A DNA stretch of 32,000 nucleotides. It comes from Micromonas sp. Its lineage: Eukaryota. A program made the position numbers and the translations under genes. Shown piece by piece: positions 16,740 to 25,047 of this stretch. Numbering within the stretch: the stretch's first letter is position 1; every line of letters begins with the position of its first letter. The stretch is taken from contig CP001331.1 in the NCBI GenBank assembly GCA_000090985.2, positions 536,786 to 568,785 of the forward strand, written 5' to 3'. Below the pieces are notes generated by a model that was not told the origin of the DNA, ran no database searches, and worked only from the letters and a program-made list of their open reading frames with translations.

Positions 16740-17888
16740 TTAGTCGAACCAGTCGTCCTCCTCCACCATCATCGTCAGGTCCTGCAGCTCCTTCCCCATG
16801 ACGTTGTCCACGATCCTGTACTCCTTCAGGTAGTACCCCCGGGTGAACTCCTTCATGTCCTCGCCCAGCTGATCTTTCCCCCGCGCCTGCAACCGACATT
16901 GTTGTACGTCGACGCCCAAGCCCGGATCGATCGACTGTTTCGGTCGGTGCTTCCACGGCGACCCGAGCGACTTCTCTTTCGGCCGCCGCGGCACCCTCCC
17001 GGGGTCCAGTTTGAACCACTGCAGCGAGGTGTACTCCTTGGGCGTCAGCATCGGCGCCTTGTGTGTGCCTCCTTTCTTTCCCCCGGGCGACGCTGCCATC
17101 TGTGCCCTCATCGCAGCTTCGTCTCTCGCGTGAGCGATGACTTTTGGCGCCGTCCTCGGGACCGCGACACCGTGCGCGACGACGCCGTGCCGCCGCGCCG
17201 TCGCCTCCACCGCCTCCGCCGACCGCGCGCTGAACGCTGCGGTGGCACCGCGCCCGCCGGGTTTCCCCGCGCCCAGCCGCGTCGGCGCGGAGTCGTAGTG
17301 GTGCGGCCCCGGCGCGGCGGCGGTTGATCGCGATTCCGACGCGCCACCCAGTCGGGGTCGCCCGTCGCTGGCCCAGATCCCCTTGCCCGGGATCCCCGAC
17401 GCGAGTGGCTTGGCGCCCGCGGCGTAGTGCGCGGGCCCGGGGGTTTCGTCATCGTCCGCGCGCTCGAACGTCACGCCCGCGCGCGTCGCCTTGGCGAACG
17501 GCGCGGAGGGATGCGCGGAGGATGAGAAGTCCACCCTCGACGACGCGAACGGCGCGTCGACGTCCCCGGCGTACGCGCCGGGGCCGGGGCCGCCCCCGCC
17601 GCGCGCGTCGGCAGCCTGGAGCCTCGCGGCGCCGCTCACGAGCGGGCCGTAGCCCTTGACGCCGATGCTGCCCGTGCCGACGCGGTGGTTCATGTCCCCG
17701 GCGAGGGAATACGCGCCGGGGCCGGGATTGGGGGGCGCCCTCTCCGAGTCGTCCATGAAATCGTACGACGTCGGGATCGAGGGCGCGCTGGGGGCGCGCC
17801 TGTGACCGGGAGCCCCGTCGTCCGTCGTGGTTGTGGCGGCGGCGAGGACCTCTGACGCGCTGCCGGGAGGATGCGAGGACGCGGACAT
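16740..17888 (-). CDS. SHIPPO / sperm-tail PG-rich repeat protein (ODF3-like, probable flagellar protein)
   Basis: ATG at 17888 (MSASSHPPGS); the upstream part of the track ORF overlaps the LSm3 gene. Repeated (P)GPGxY units: NPGPGAYS, GPGPGAYAG, TPGPAHYAAG, APGPHHYDS. Confidence 0.7.
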   Translation of the reverse strand: MSASSHPPGSASEVLAAATTTTDDGAPGHRRAPSAPSIPTSYDFMDDSERAPPNPGPGAYSLAGDMNHRVGTGSIGVKGYGPLVSGAARLQAADARGGGGPGPGAYAGDVDAPFASSRVDFSSSAHPSAPFAKATRAGVTFERADDDETPGPAHYAAGAKPLASGIPGKGIWASDGRPRLGGASESRSTAAAPGPHHYDSAPTRLGAGKPGGRGATAAFSARSAEAVEATARRHGVVAHGVAVPRTAPKVIAHARDEAAMRAQMAASPGGKKGGTHKAPMLTPKEYTSLQWFKLDPGRVPRRPKEKSLGSPWKHRPKQSIDPGLGVDVQQCRLQARGKDQLGEDMKEFTRGYYLKEYRIVDNVMGKELQDLTMMVEEDDWFD

Positions 17889-18104
17889 TCTCGCGTCCGC
17901 CTCGCCTCGCGCGCGCCCCGGAAGTGAGAATCCAATTCGGGCGCTCTCGCTCGCTGTGAGATGACTGCGAGCTGGGTCAGGAGCCGGCGAACGTGCCCGC
18001 CAACTGACCTGAGATTTTGGGTTGGAGTCGCTCGGTTGGCGGCACAACCCACCGCGCGAGCCTCGAGCCCCCGCGTCGCACGAAGGGAGGGAAGAGCGTG
18101 CACG

Positions 18105-18581
18105 ATGGCCGAGGAGGACACCACGGTCAAGGAGCCGCTCGATCTCATCCGCCTGTCGCTGGACGAGCGGGTGTACGTCAAGCTCAGGGGCGAGCGGGAG
18201 ATCCGGGGCAAGCTCCACGCGTACGATCAGCACCTCAACATGATCCTCGGCGACGTCGAGGAGACGATCACGACGGTGGAGATCGACGACGAGACGTACG
18301 AGGAGATCATCAAGGTGCGCGCGGCCCCGAGCGGAATCGAACCCTCGACGGCGGGAACCCCCCGACGCGGGTCCCGCCCCGTTCCACGCACCGCTGGCAC
18401 TAGGTTTTCTTCCCCGACGACGCGTGCGTTTGCGGTTTGCGTCTCTTCCCCGCGCGATCGACGACGTGACCCTCCCTCCCCCTACCCACGACCCTTCCCA
18501 CAGACGACCAAGCGTGCGGTGAGGTTCCTCTTCGTGCGCGGCGACGCGGTGACCCTCGTGTCCCCGCCCCTGCGCACGTGA
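18105..18581 (+). CDS. LSM3: U6 snRNA-associated Sm-like protein LSm3; two exons, 18105..18314 and 18504..18581
   Basis: The spliced product [70 protein letters not shown]|[25 protein letters not shown] is collinear with animal LSm3 along its whole length. Confidence 0.93.
   Translation: MAEEDTTVKEPLDLIRLSLDERVYVKLRGEREIRGKLHAYDQHLNMILGDVEETITTVEIDDETYEEIIKVRAAPSGIEPSTAGTPRRGSRPVPRTAGTRFSSPTTRAFAVCVSSPRDRRRDPPSPYPRPFPQTTKRAVRFLFVRGDAVTLVSPPLRT
18315..18503 (+). other. Spliceosomal intron (189 nt) of LSM3
   Basis: Donor AAG|GTGCGCG, GTGAC at 18466..18470, pyrimidine-rich 3' part, acceptor CCCACAG|A. The length is a multiple of 3 with no stop codon, which is why the ORF track reads straight through it. 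Confidence 0.9.
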
Positions 18582-18736
18582 GCGGGATGCGGTTGATTTT
18601 CATCATGTAAAACTAGGAAAGAAGAGCCGGCGTCGCGCGAGTTTGGCTCGGAAAGACCGGCGCCGGATGAGGTCGGGCGGCTCACGTAATATTTCTCAAG
18701 TAAACGAACTCGCCCGTCGACACAACCCATCATCAA

Positions 18737-20074
18737 TCACAGCTTGCCGACGATGGACTCGACGAAGATGTTCAGCGAATCCGGATCCCTCCGCTCCGAC
18801 CCCAGCTTCACGAACCCGCCCCGCCCCTCCGGGAACAGTAACACCGTCGGGAACGACTTGAGCTCCAGGTTCTCCTTGCTCCACTCCTTCTCGTCGCCGT
18901 CCGCGCGGAACTTGACCACGTCCACGCCCTTGGCGGCGAACGAAGCCGCGGCTTCCTCGTACCCGGCCACCATCGCCTGGCAAAACGGGCACCACGGCGC
19001 GTACAGCACCGCGAGCGTCGTCTTGGAGTGCGTCGGCTCGACCCTGAGCGCGTCGATCGCCGCGTGGTCCACCGCGGTGACCTCGTTGAAGATGTCCTCC
19101 TCCGTGGCTTCCCGCGCGTCCTGCTTCGCCTGTTGCTCCGCGGTGAGGTTCCCCGAGTGCAGCCCGCACTCTTTCATCGCGGAGTCCTCCCACCACCATC
19201 GGCCCTCGCGCTCCTGCTGGCCGGGAAGCACCGCCCTGGTGCACGGCGCGCACCCGATGGAGACGTACCCCATCTCGTGGAGCTTGTTCACCGGGGTGCC
19301 CATGACCCTGAGAAAGTCCCAAACCTCCTGAGACGTGGCGTTGGTGAGGGGGTTAAACTTCACGAGCGACCCGGCGCCCCCCGCGGCGCCCTCGAACACC
19401 GGGTCCACCTGCACCGCCGGGACCGCCATGCGCGTCCCCGGGCTCTGGTCTTTACGCTGGCCGGTGACCCACGCGTTGAGCGTCTTCAGCTTCTTTCGCA
19501 GCGGCTGGACCTTGCGAACGCCGCAGCACTCCTTGTGTCCGTCCTCGTAGAAGGAGAACATGCCCTTCTCGTTCACCAGCTTGGTCACCGCGTCCTCGTC
19601 GGGGAAGGTGAACTCGATCTTGATGTCGAAGTGCTTCTCGACGTCGTCGAAGAGCTGGTACGTCTCGGGGTTCAACCGACCGGTGTCGAGGGAGAAGACG
19701 CGAAAGGGGCGGCCGGTGAGCTTGGCGTACTGGATCAGCGCGACGTCCTCGGCGCCGGAGAAGGCGATGGCGAGGCCGTCGCCGAAGAGCTCGAGGGCTT
19801 TGTCCATGATTTGCACCACTGTGTTGTCTTGGAACTGGGAATCGAGGGCGTCCCAGTCGATATTCGTCGGAGGAGCTTGCATCGTGTTTGAAGGAGCCTC
19901 CGAGGTGGAAGTGGCCCGAGTCTGGACCGACGTGGTGGTTCGCCCTACTGCTCCGTGCAGAGGGGTGACTTTTTTCACGCTGGATGAAATCATAGAGCGT
20001 CGTTGCGCCCTCAGCCTCGAGAAAGGGGTGAGCGTGCGAGCAGCGGACATGGTGGTGCACGATGACGATGCCAT
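18737..20074 (-). CDS. APR: Plant-type adenosine 5'-phosphosulfate (APS) reductase with C-terminal thioredoxin-like domain and an N-terminal presequence
   Basis: ATG at 20074. PAPS-reductase fold: [39 protein letters not shown]. Fe-S cysteines: [11 protein letters not shown] and GCAPCT, then ECGLH. C-terminal [10 protein letters not shown] thioredoxin motif. Confidence 0.93.
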   Translation of the reverse strand: MASSSCTTMSAARTLTPFSRLRAQRRSMISSSVKKVTPLHGAVGRTTTSVQTRATSTSEAPSNTMQAPPTNIDWDALDSQFQDNTVVQIMDKALELFGDGLAIAFSGAEDVALIQYAKLTGRPFRVFSLDTGRLNPETYQLFDDVEKHFDIKIEFTFPDEDAVTKLVNEKGMFSFYEDGHKECCGVRKVQPLRKKLKTLNAWVTGQRKDQSPGTRMAVPAVQVDPVFEGAAGGAGSLVKFNPLTNATSQEVWDFLRVMGTPVNKLHEMGYVSIGCAPCTRAVLPGQQEREGRWWWEDSAMKECGLHSGNLTAEQQAKQDAREATEEDIFNEVTAVDHAAIDALRVEPTHSKTTLAVLYAPWCPFCQAMVAGYEEAAASFAAKGVDVVKFRADGDEKEWSKENLELKSFPTVLLFPEGRGGFVKLGSERRDPDSLNIFVESIVGKL

Positions 20075-20362
20075 TTGTCTTCCAGTGGTCGTCGTCGACT
20101 GATGACTGTGTGGTGGACTGTGTGAGTCAGCGGGCGGCGTGCAGATGGTGAAAGTATTTATCGATAAGTCGGATGTTGTGCAGCAGGGAGGCCGTGCTCT
20201 AGAGCTAGGGTTGTTGATATGTATGACGATTTTGAGGGTTTGTGAATCAAGAACCGGTTTTCAAGAACTTCTACGCGCCCCGCGCCAACCAACACTTTTT
20301 GAGCGAGGCCGTTTCGGGGAAGGAAAAACGAACAGGTCGAAGCCGCTCTTACTGCACTTCTT

Positions 20363-20420
20363 CGCGGCGGTACGCCGCGGCGTGAAGCCGCGGCGCCAGC
20401 CGCGGATCGAAGCCGCGGTG
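20363..20420. repeat. CCGCGG-containing 12-13 nt degenerate tandem units (cluster 1, 4 sites)
   Basis: CCGCGG at 20375, 20388, 20400 and 20413, each within ..(A/C)GCCGCGG(C/T/A)G.. units. Confidence 0.85.
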
Positions 20421-20558
20421 TCGGCAACACTGGTAATATGACGAAGCATCATCGCCCGTGTGAACACCCGACTACTCGGACTTAGGGTAAACACTCAAAG
20501 AGTAGTTTCACTCTAAAACGTGGGGGGTTGTTGGGTTTCGGGTTTAGAGTACTCGGCG

Positions 20559-20672
20559 ACAGCCGCGGCGGCAGCCGCGGCGTCAGCCGCGGCGTCAGCC
20601 CGCGGCGCCAAGCCGCGGCTACAGCCGAAGCGCCAGTCGAAGCGCCAACCGCGGCTGAGACGCCGCGGCGTT
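20559..20672. repeat. CCGCGG-containing ~12 nt degenerate minisatellite (cluster 2, 7 sites)
   Basis: CCGCGG at 20563, 20575, 20587, 20600, 20613, 20649 and 20663. The unit is approximately (G/T)CAGCCGCGGCG, with two decayed units (ACAGCCGAAGCG, CCAGTCGAAGCG). Confidence 0.85.
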
Positions 20673-20775
20673 ATCATAGTGGTGTGAGTGAAACTTTCCG
20701 GTTTCATCGAAGGTTTATGATTCCAAAAATTGCCAAACCAGTATCTGACTCTTGAGAGCTAGCGATAAAGCCAAG

Positions 20776-20846
20776 GCACCGATGGTCTAGTGGTAGAATA
20801 GTACCCTGCCACGGTACAGACCCGGGTTCGATTCCCGGTCGGTGCA
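20776..20846 (+). tRNA. tRNA-Gly (anticodon GCC)
   Basis: 71 nt with a full cloverleaf. Acceptor stem GCACCGA/TCGGTGC. Anticodon stem GTACC/GGTAC with loop CTGCCAC; anticodon GCC at 20808..20810. T arm CCGGG-TTCGATT-CCCGG. A box TGGTCTAGTGG, B box GGTTCGATTCC. Nearly identical to the plant nuclear tRNA-Gly(GCC) sequence as I remember it. Confidence 0.95.
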
Positions 20847-20850
20847 AACC

Positions 20851-20855
20851 TTTTT
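20851..20855 (+). terminator. Probable RNA polymerase III terminator (T5 run)
   Basis: TTTTT begins 5 nt after the tRNA 3' end, and a second T4 run follows. Confidence 0.6.
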
Positions 20856-20923
20856 AATTTTGGTCTTCAGACTGAAAAACTGTGGTGCCGCAGTTGAGTT
20901 TCACCCACTTTTATTTTTACGTG
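20851..20923. repeat. Direct repeat, copy A (partner at 21083..21165)
   Basis: TTTTTAATTTTGGT...CTGTGGTGCCGCAGTTGAGTTT...TTTTATTTTTACG. The 21-mer core at 20881..20901 matches 21121..21141 at 19 of 21 positions, exactly 240 nt apart. Confidence 0.8.
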
Positions 20924-20925
20924 CT

Positions 20926-20970
20926 CCCTCCCTGGCCGATCCCTCCCTGGCCGATTCCCTCCCTGGCCGA
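20926..20970. repeat. Three tandem copies of CCCTCCCTGGCCGA (period 15-16 nt)
   Basis: Copies at 20926..20939, 20941..20954 and 20957..20970, read directly from the sequence. Confidence 0.9.
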
Positions 20971-20976
20971 GCGCTC

Positions 20977-21036
20977 AGCGGTGCATCGACACCGCGACGC
21001 CGCTTCGCGACGATTTCGCGGTGTCGATGCACCGCT
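20977..21036. repeat. Perfect 21-bp inverted repeat with 18-nt loop
   Basis: AGCGGTGCATCGACACCGCGA (20977..20997) is the exact reverse complement of TCGCGGTGTCGATGCACCGCT (21016..21036). CCGCTTCGCGA also occurs twice, in the loop and just after the right arm. Confidence 0.9.
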
Positions 21037-21082
21037 TCGCGAGGCAAAAAGAAGCACGTCCTGTTGCGTCGCACGGTTAATT

Positions 21083-21165
21083 TTTTTAATTTTTGGTGTC
21101 GGGGAACGATACTGTTTGCCTGTGGTGCCGGAGTCGAGTTTATTTTCCCCTTTTGTTTTTACGGG
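21083..21165. repeat. Direct repeat, copy B (partner at 20851..20923)
   Basis: TTTTTAATTTTTGGT...CTGTGGTGCCGGAGTCGAGTTT...TTTTGTTTTTACG. It has the same order of blocks as copy A, with small indels. Confidence 0.8.
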
Positions 21166-21262
21166 TTACGTGTTCCCCTTTTATTTTCAACCAACCCTAA
21201 ACGTCGTCGTCGCCCGCCCCGTACCTCACACCTCACACCTCCAAGGTAGCTTCGGGTTGAAG

Positions 21263-22174
21263 ATGTCTCGACCAGGCACGAGGCTCTTGGTGGACGCGAT
21301 CCGTCGCGCGATGAGCTCCGCCGGACGTGCGAGCACGTCCGGCGGTCCTTCCGGCGGTCCTTGGGCGGGTGCCTCTTCTCCGATTACCCGCAGCAGCGTC
21401 GAGATCGGCGCACCTGGGGGATCGTTGCGCAGCCCGCAAGGAGGGACGACGACCTTTTCGCAACAATCGCAACATTGGAAGCAAACCCTCTCATCATTGA
21501 TGATAAGAAGTCTTAGAACCCTTGGGGCCGTGAATCATCCAATGGGAGGACAAGCCACTAAAGAAGACCGGATCTCGTCCTCATCATCAAAAGGAATCCA
21601 CACCTCCGCGCCAACGAAAAAGTCCAGGGACAAGAAGGCGATGCCCGTCTACCCACCCAACACCCCACTCACCAAGATCAACCCGCGCCCCCGCGGCGTC
21701 GAGCCCCCGATCACACCCTGGGACGCCGGTCGCGCGAACCACCCGGAGACGTGGGGTAAAGCCGGCGGAGGGATGCCCGCGTTCACGCCGACGTCGCAGC
21801 TGAAGAAGCGCAAAAACTACCACAAGCGATGCGCGTTCATCATGCAGACGCTGGAGCACGAGAAGATGACGGAGATCGCGGCGACGTCGCCGGTGGTACC
21901 GTTTCGGCCGGGCGACGTCGTCAGGGTCAAGGTTGAGGTTTTGGAGAACAGGCGGAGGGCGAACGATTTCACCGGCGTATGCATCGCGAGGAGGAACCGG
22001 GGGATGGGGAGCACGTTCACGCTGCGGACGGTGCTGGCCAACGCGCCGGTGGAGCGCACGTTCCCGCTGTACTCGCCGACGATCAAGGAGTTCGAGGTGC
22101 TGGAGCGGAGGAAGGTGCGGCGGGGGAAGCTGTATTACCTGCGCGACAAGCCGCTTCGGTTCAGCAGGGTTTAG
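21263..22174 (+). CDS. Organellar ribosomal protein bL19 with a long N-terminal extension
   Basis: ATG at 21263; the track ORF starts upstream at a non-ATG codon. The C-terminal third, FRPGDVVRVKVEVLENRRRANDFTGVCIARRNRGMGSTFTLRTVLANAPVERTFPLYSPTIKEFEVLERRKVRRGKLYYLRDK, is collinear with bacterial L19. Confidence 0.88.
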   Translation: MSRPGTRLLVDAIRRAMSSAGRASTSGGPSGGPWAGASSPITRSSVEIGAPGGSLRSPQGGTTTFSQQSQHWKQTLSSLMIRSLRTLGAVNHPMGGQATKEDRISSSSSKGIHTSAPTKKSRDKKAMPVYPPNTPLTKINPRPRGVEPPITPWDAGRANHPETWGKAGGGMPAFTPTSQLKKRKNYHKRCAFIMQTLEHEKMTEIAATSPVVPFRPGDVVRVKVEVLENRRRANDFTGVCIARRNRGMGSTFTLRTVLANAPVERTFPLYSPTIKEFEVLERRKVRRGKLYYLRDKPLRFSRV

Positions 22175-22221
22175 GGAGATCTCGGTGGTTCATCAGACGT
22201 ATTAGCTAATTTATACCAAGG

Positions 22222-22235
22222 TACGAAGCTTCGTA
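22222..22235. repeat. Perfect 14-bp palindrome TACGAAGCTTCGTA, followed by TGTAA
   Basis: Read directly from the sequence. TGTAA (22236..22240) matches the green-algal polyadenylation signal and lies about 60 nt after the bL19 stop codon. Confidence 0.7.
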
Positions 22236-22470
22236 TGTAAGAAGAGCGAGCTCGGTCTTTCGTTACATGCTGCACAACTCATCAACGGTAGATAGTCTAC
22301 TACTGAAGACGCGAACGCGCCCGCCCCTCTTCTGACTCTCAATCCTTTCAACTTGTAAATTTGGTACACACATCGTCATCGTAAAAGTGAGTAAGGTCAC
22401 CTTAATCATCCCCGAATGTCGACTTGCAATAGTAACGCCGCTGCGCGCAACTGCGGCGTTCATCAACAGT

Positions 22471-22486
22471 AGGAGCCCGGGCTCCT
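22471..22486. repeat. Perfect 16-bp palindrome AGGAGCCCGGGCTCCT
   Basis: Read directly from the sequence. A nearby 8-bp stem, AACGCCGC (22434..22441) with GCGGCGTT (22453..22460), has an 11-nt loop. Confidence 0.8.
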
Positions 22487-22615
22487 CAACTTGGTTCAAC
22501 TGGCGCGCGAAGACGCGCTCAACTTTTATGTTTTGGTACCTGGTGGTACACGCAGACGCGCGCGGCGGCTGTGACCCCCGGCGGTTGTTTTCACCTCCTT
22601 CGTCGTCGTCAGTCG

Positions 22616-24619
22616 CTAACTGCGCGGAGGAAAGTACGCTTGGTCCTGGTCGAGGCTCAGGCGATCGAACCCTCGCCCGAGATCGAAGGACGCCGCGCCG
22701 GTTCCGAATGATATGCCCCCTCCGTTGCCGTTGGCGACGAAACCGGGCGCAGCCGCGGACAGTTTCCGCGCCGACGTTCGAGGCGCGGGAATCGTCATGG
22801 AGCTTCCCGTCCCTCCCCCAACCTGCTGCTGCTGCTGCTGCTGCTGTTGTTGCTGTTGCTGAAGGAGGAGCAGCTGCTGCTTCTTCTGGGCAGCAGCAGC
22901 CGCCGCCGCGGCGGCGGCGGCGGCGATAATCTCCGGGTCGGTTCCCGCCGGCAGGCTGAACCCGCCGAGGTCGATCCCGCCGCCCATCCCGCCGCCGAGG
23001 GGATTGACCATCCCCGCCGCGCCGACCCCACCCGCGCCCATCGCGCCCGGCATCTGCATCGTCTGATACCCGTACTCGGTGTACTGATGCACGCCGCCGG
23101 CGAGGGCGGTGGTGGGGTGGTAGTGACCGGGAACCTGCCCGAGGAGCGCCGCGGCGGCGGCGACGGGGTTGACGGATGGATTGACGGATGGATTGATTTG
23201 CCCCATCGATCCCCCCGTCGCGCCAATCATCGCCGATCCGGGGTATCCGGCGGCCGCGACGGACGCGGACGCGCCCTTGACGCCGCCGAGCGCGGCAGCC
23301 TGCGGCGCGGCGGACCTCGGCGGGGGCTGATACGAAAACTCCACCCCTCGGATCCGTTGCAGCCGCTGGACGAACTCGCCCCTTCGCTTCCCCTCGCACA
23401 GCTCCTTGTACCTCTCCACCGCCTGGTGGATAATTTCCGACGCCGCGGCGATCGATTTACGCTGCCCCTGCAGTCGGAAGATCCGCGTCGGGCGGTGGTA
23501 CCCGCCGGGCTGCGGTTGCTGCGTCCACGATTGGATCACCGCGCCGGTGTGCTGCGTGATCTCCCGGACGGACGCGCCGGAACTCCCGATGACGAAGCCG
23601 GCGGCGAGCAGCGTGACGCACAGCTGTAACCCGCCCCCGGGGAGCCACTCCGCGGCGACAACCGCCTGCTCCTCCTCCTCGACGCCCTCGCCCGCGCGCC
23701 TCGGTCCGGACGGGCCCTTCCGCGCGACGAACGGGTCCGCGCCGACGGCTGCGCCCATCCCGCCGGTGGGAGGAGGAGGCTGGTACGCCCCGCCGCCCGC
23801 CGCCAGACCGTTCGTCGCCGCCGCGAGCAGCGTCTGCTCGCGCTGCAGCGCCAGCAGCGACGCGGTGGAGTCCAACCCGTTGACGCCGTTGACGCCGTTA
23901 GCTCCGCTCGTTAGCGCGTTCATTCCGCCGTTGGGATAGCCGCCGTCGCCCAGTCGCGCGTACGCGATGTCCTCCTGCGTGATCCTCGCCGGCGAGGGCG
24001 CGCCGCTGCCGAGGCTGAAGCTGCTCCTCGCGCTGGTGCGCGTCGTGTGGCTGGCGGTTGTAACGGTCGTAACGGTCGGTGCCCTCGAGGTACCCGCGTA
24101 GCCGCCGCTCGTCGGCGACGCCGGTCCCGCGCGGAACGTACCCTCGGGCGGCGAAGACCGATCGAGAATCACGGAGCCCGGCCTCGACGATCGGCCATTC
24201 ACCAGCGACGGGTCGAACGACGGATCGAGGAGGTCGCCGTCGTCCGGGAGGAAGACGGGGAGCGCGTCGCGCTCGGGGCTTCGGATCTGGTGAGGACGAA
24301 GGGGAGGAGAGGTTCGGTCAGCGCGGCGGCGGCGACTGCGGTTGAATTTTTTTCTGTGACTGACGTTCCAGTCGGCGGGACGGTTGGCGCCCGTCGCCGG
24401 GTCTGGGAGAGGCTCGGCACCCAGGGCACCGTGGGGCAACCCCCCGCGCGGTGCCGAGGCGCGCGCGCGGGTTCGACCGCCCCGAAGGCGTATCCGACGG
24501 TCGCGCTCGATGGCACGGTTTGTGATGAGCTCGCGTCGGGGGTCACCGGGGGTTTCGTGCGTCGGCGTCGGTCGCGACGCGCGTCGCCGCGCCGCGCCAT
24601 CGGGGAACTTTCCAGCCAT
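22616..24619 (-). CDS. KH-domain RNA-binding protein with poly-Gln, poly-Ala and Gly/Met-rich low-complexity C-terminal half
   Basis: KH fold: LQLCVTLLAAGFVIGSSGASVREITQHTGAVIQSW...RIFRLQGQRKSIAAASEIIHQAVERY. The track start at 24841 is TTG; the first ATG in frame is at 24619 (MAGKFPDGAARR). Upstream exon(s) are possible (see findings). Confidence 0.75.
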   Translation of the reverse strand: MAGKFPDGAARRRASRPTPTHETPGDPRRELITNRAIERDRRIRLRGGRTRARASAPRGGLPHGALGAEPLPDPATGANRPADWNVSHRKKFNRSRRRRADRTSPPLRPHQIRSPERDALPVFLPDDGDLLDPSFDPSLVNGRSSRPGSVILDRSSPPEGTFRAGPASPTSGGYAGTSRAPTVTTVTTASHTTRTSARSSFSLGSGAPSPARITQEDIAYARLGDGGYPNGGMNALTSGANGVNGVNGLDSTASLLALQREQTLLAAATNGLAAGGGAYQPPPPTGGMGAAVGADPFVARKGPSGPRRAGEGVEEEEQAVVAAEWLPGGGLQLCVTLLAAGFVIGSSGASVREITQHTGAVIQSWTQQPQPGGYHRPTRIFRLQGQRKSIAAASEIIHQAVERYKELCEGKRRGEFVQRLQRIRGVEFSYQPPPRSAAPQAAALGGVKGASASVAAAGYPGSAMIGATGGSMGQINPSVNPSVNPVAAAAALLGQVPGHYHPTTALAGGVHQYTEYGYQTMQMPGAMGAGGVGAAGMVNPLGGGMGGGIDLGGFSLPAGTDPEIIAAAAAAAAAAAAQKKQQLLLLQQQQQQQQQQQQQVGGGTGSSMTIPAPRTSARKLSAAAPGFVANGNGGGISFGTGAASFDLGRGFDRLSLDQDQAYFPPRS
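22823..22855. repeat. (CTG)6(TTG)2CTG TTG CTG trinucleotide microsatellite, encoding the poly-Gln tract of the KH protein on the minus strand
   Basis: Read directly from the sequence; it corresponds to the QQQQQQQQQQQ tract in the 22616..24841 ORF. Confidence 0.9.
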
Positions 24620-25047
24620 CGATCGATATCGCGCGTGTTGGGTGACCGTGACAGATGAAAAGAAGGCTTGGGAAAAAAAAAGACGGGGCGCGGGCGACGG
24701 GGACGCGGACGACGTCGTACCGGGTCGCGGGGAGCGGGGATGCGCGGCGCGGTTGCGCCCGGGCTCTTCGCCCCTCCCGGTGGGCTGCTCGACCACATGT
24801 TCGCCTGCGATCGCGGCCGGGGGCGGGGAGAGATCGGGCAATAGGTCAGTGAACCGTTTTCAGCCCGTGGGTGGGAAAACCAGCCCGCCGGTGCCACACG
24901 CGCATGGTCGAATCCGGTTACCGGGCGGACGGCCGCCGGGAGACGCGTCGCGGCGCGCGACGCGACCTCCGCGCGCGTCTCTCGATCGACGTATCGGGTC
25001 AGCGCGCTCGTGAAGGAGGTGAAAGAAAGGTCCGGGACGGGGCTCAC

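Noticed and set aside
18333-18344. GGAATCGAACCC inside the LSM3 intron, which is the reverse complement of the tRNA T-arm consensus GGGTTCGATTCC and so hints at a minus-strand tRNA gene or tRNA-derived SINE
   Set aside because: The surrounding minus-strand sequence gives no complementary T stem (GAGGG versus CCGCT), no acceptor-stem pairing and no anticodon arm of normal size. At most it is a decayed fragment, and it may be chance.
20139-20755. ORFs in the APR / tRNA spacer (20139..20441+, 20158..20430-, 20528..20755+, and others)
   Set aside because: They mostly translate the CCGCGG minisatellite (Ala/Arg/Gly repeats), show mixed codon bias and start at non-ATG codons. They are better explained as non-coding repeat DNA.
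21103-21112. GGAACGATAC, which matches the start of the conserved U6 snRNA core
   Set aside because: The match ends after 10 nt: there is no ACAGAGA box, no AGC triad context and no 5' stem-loop.
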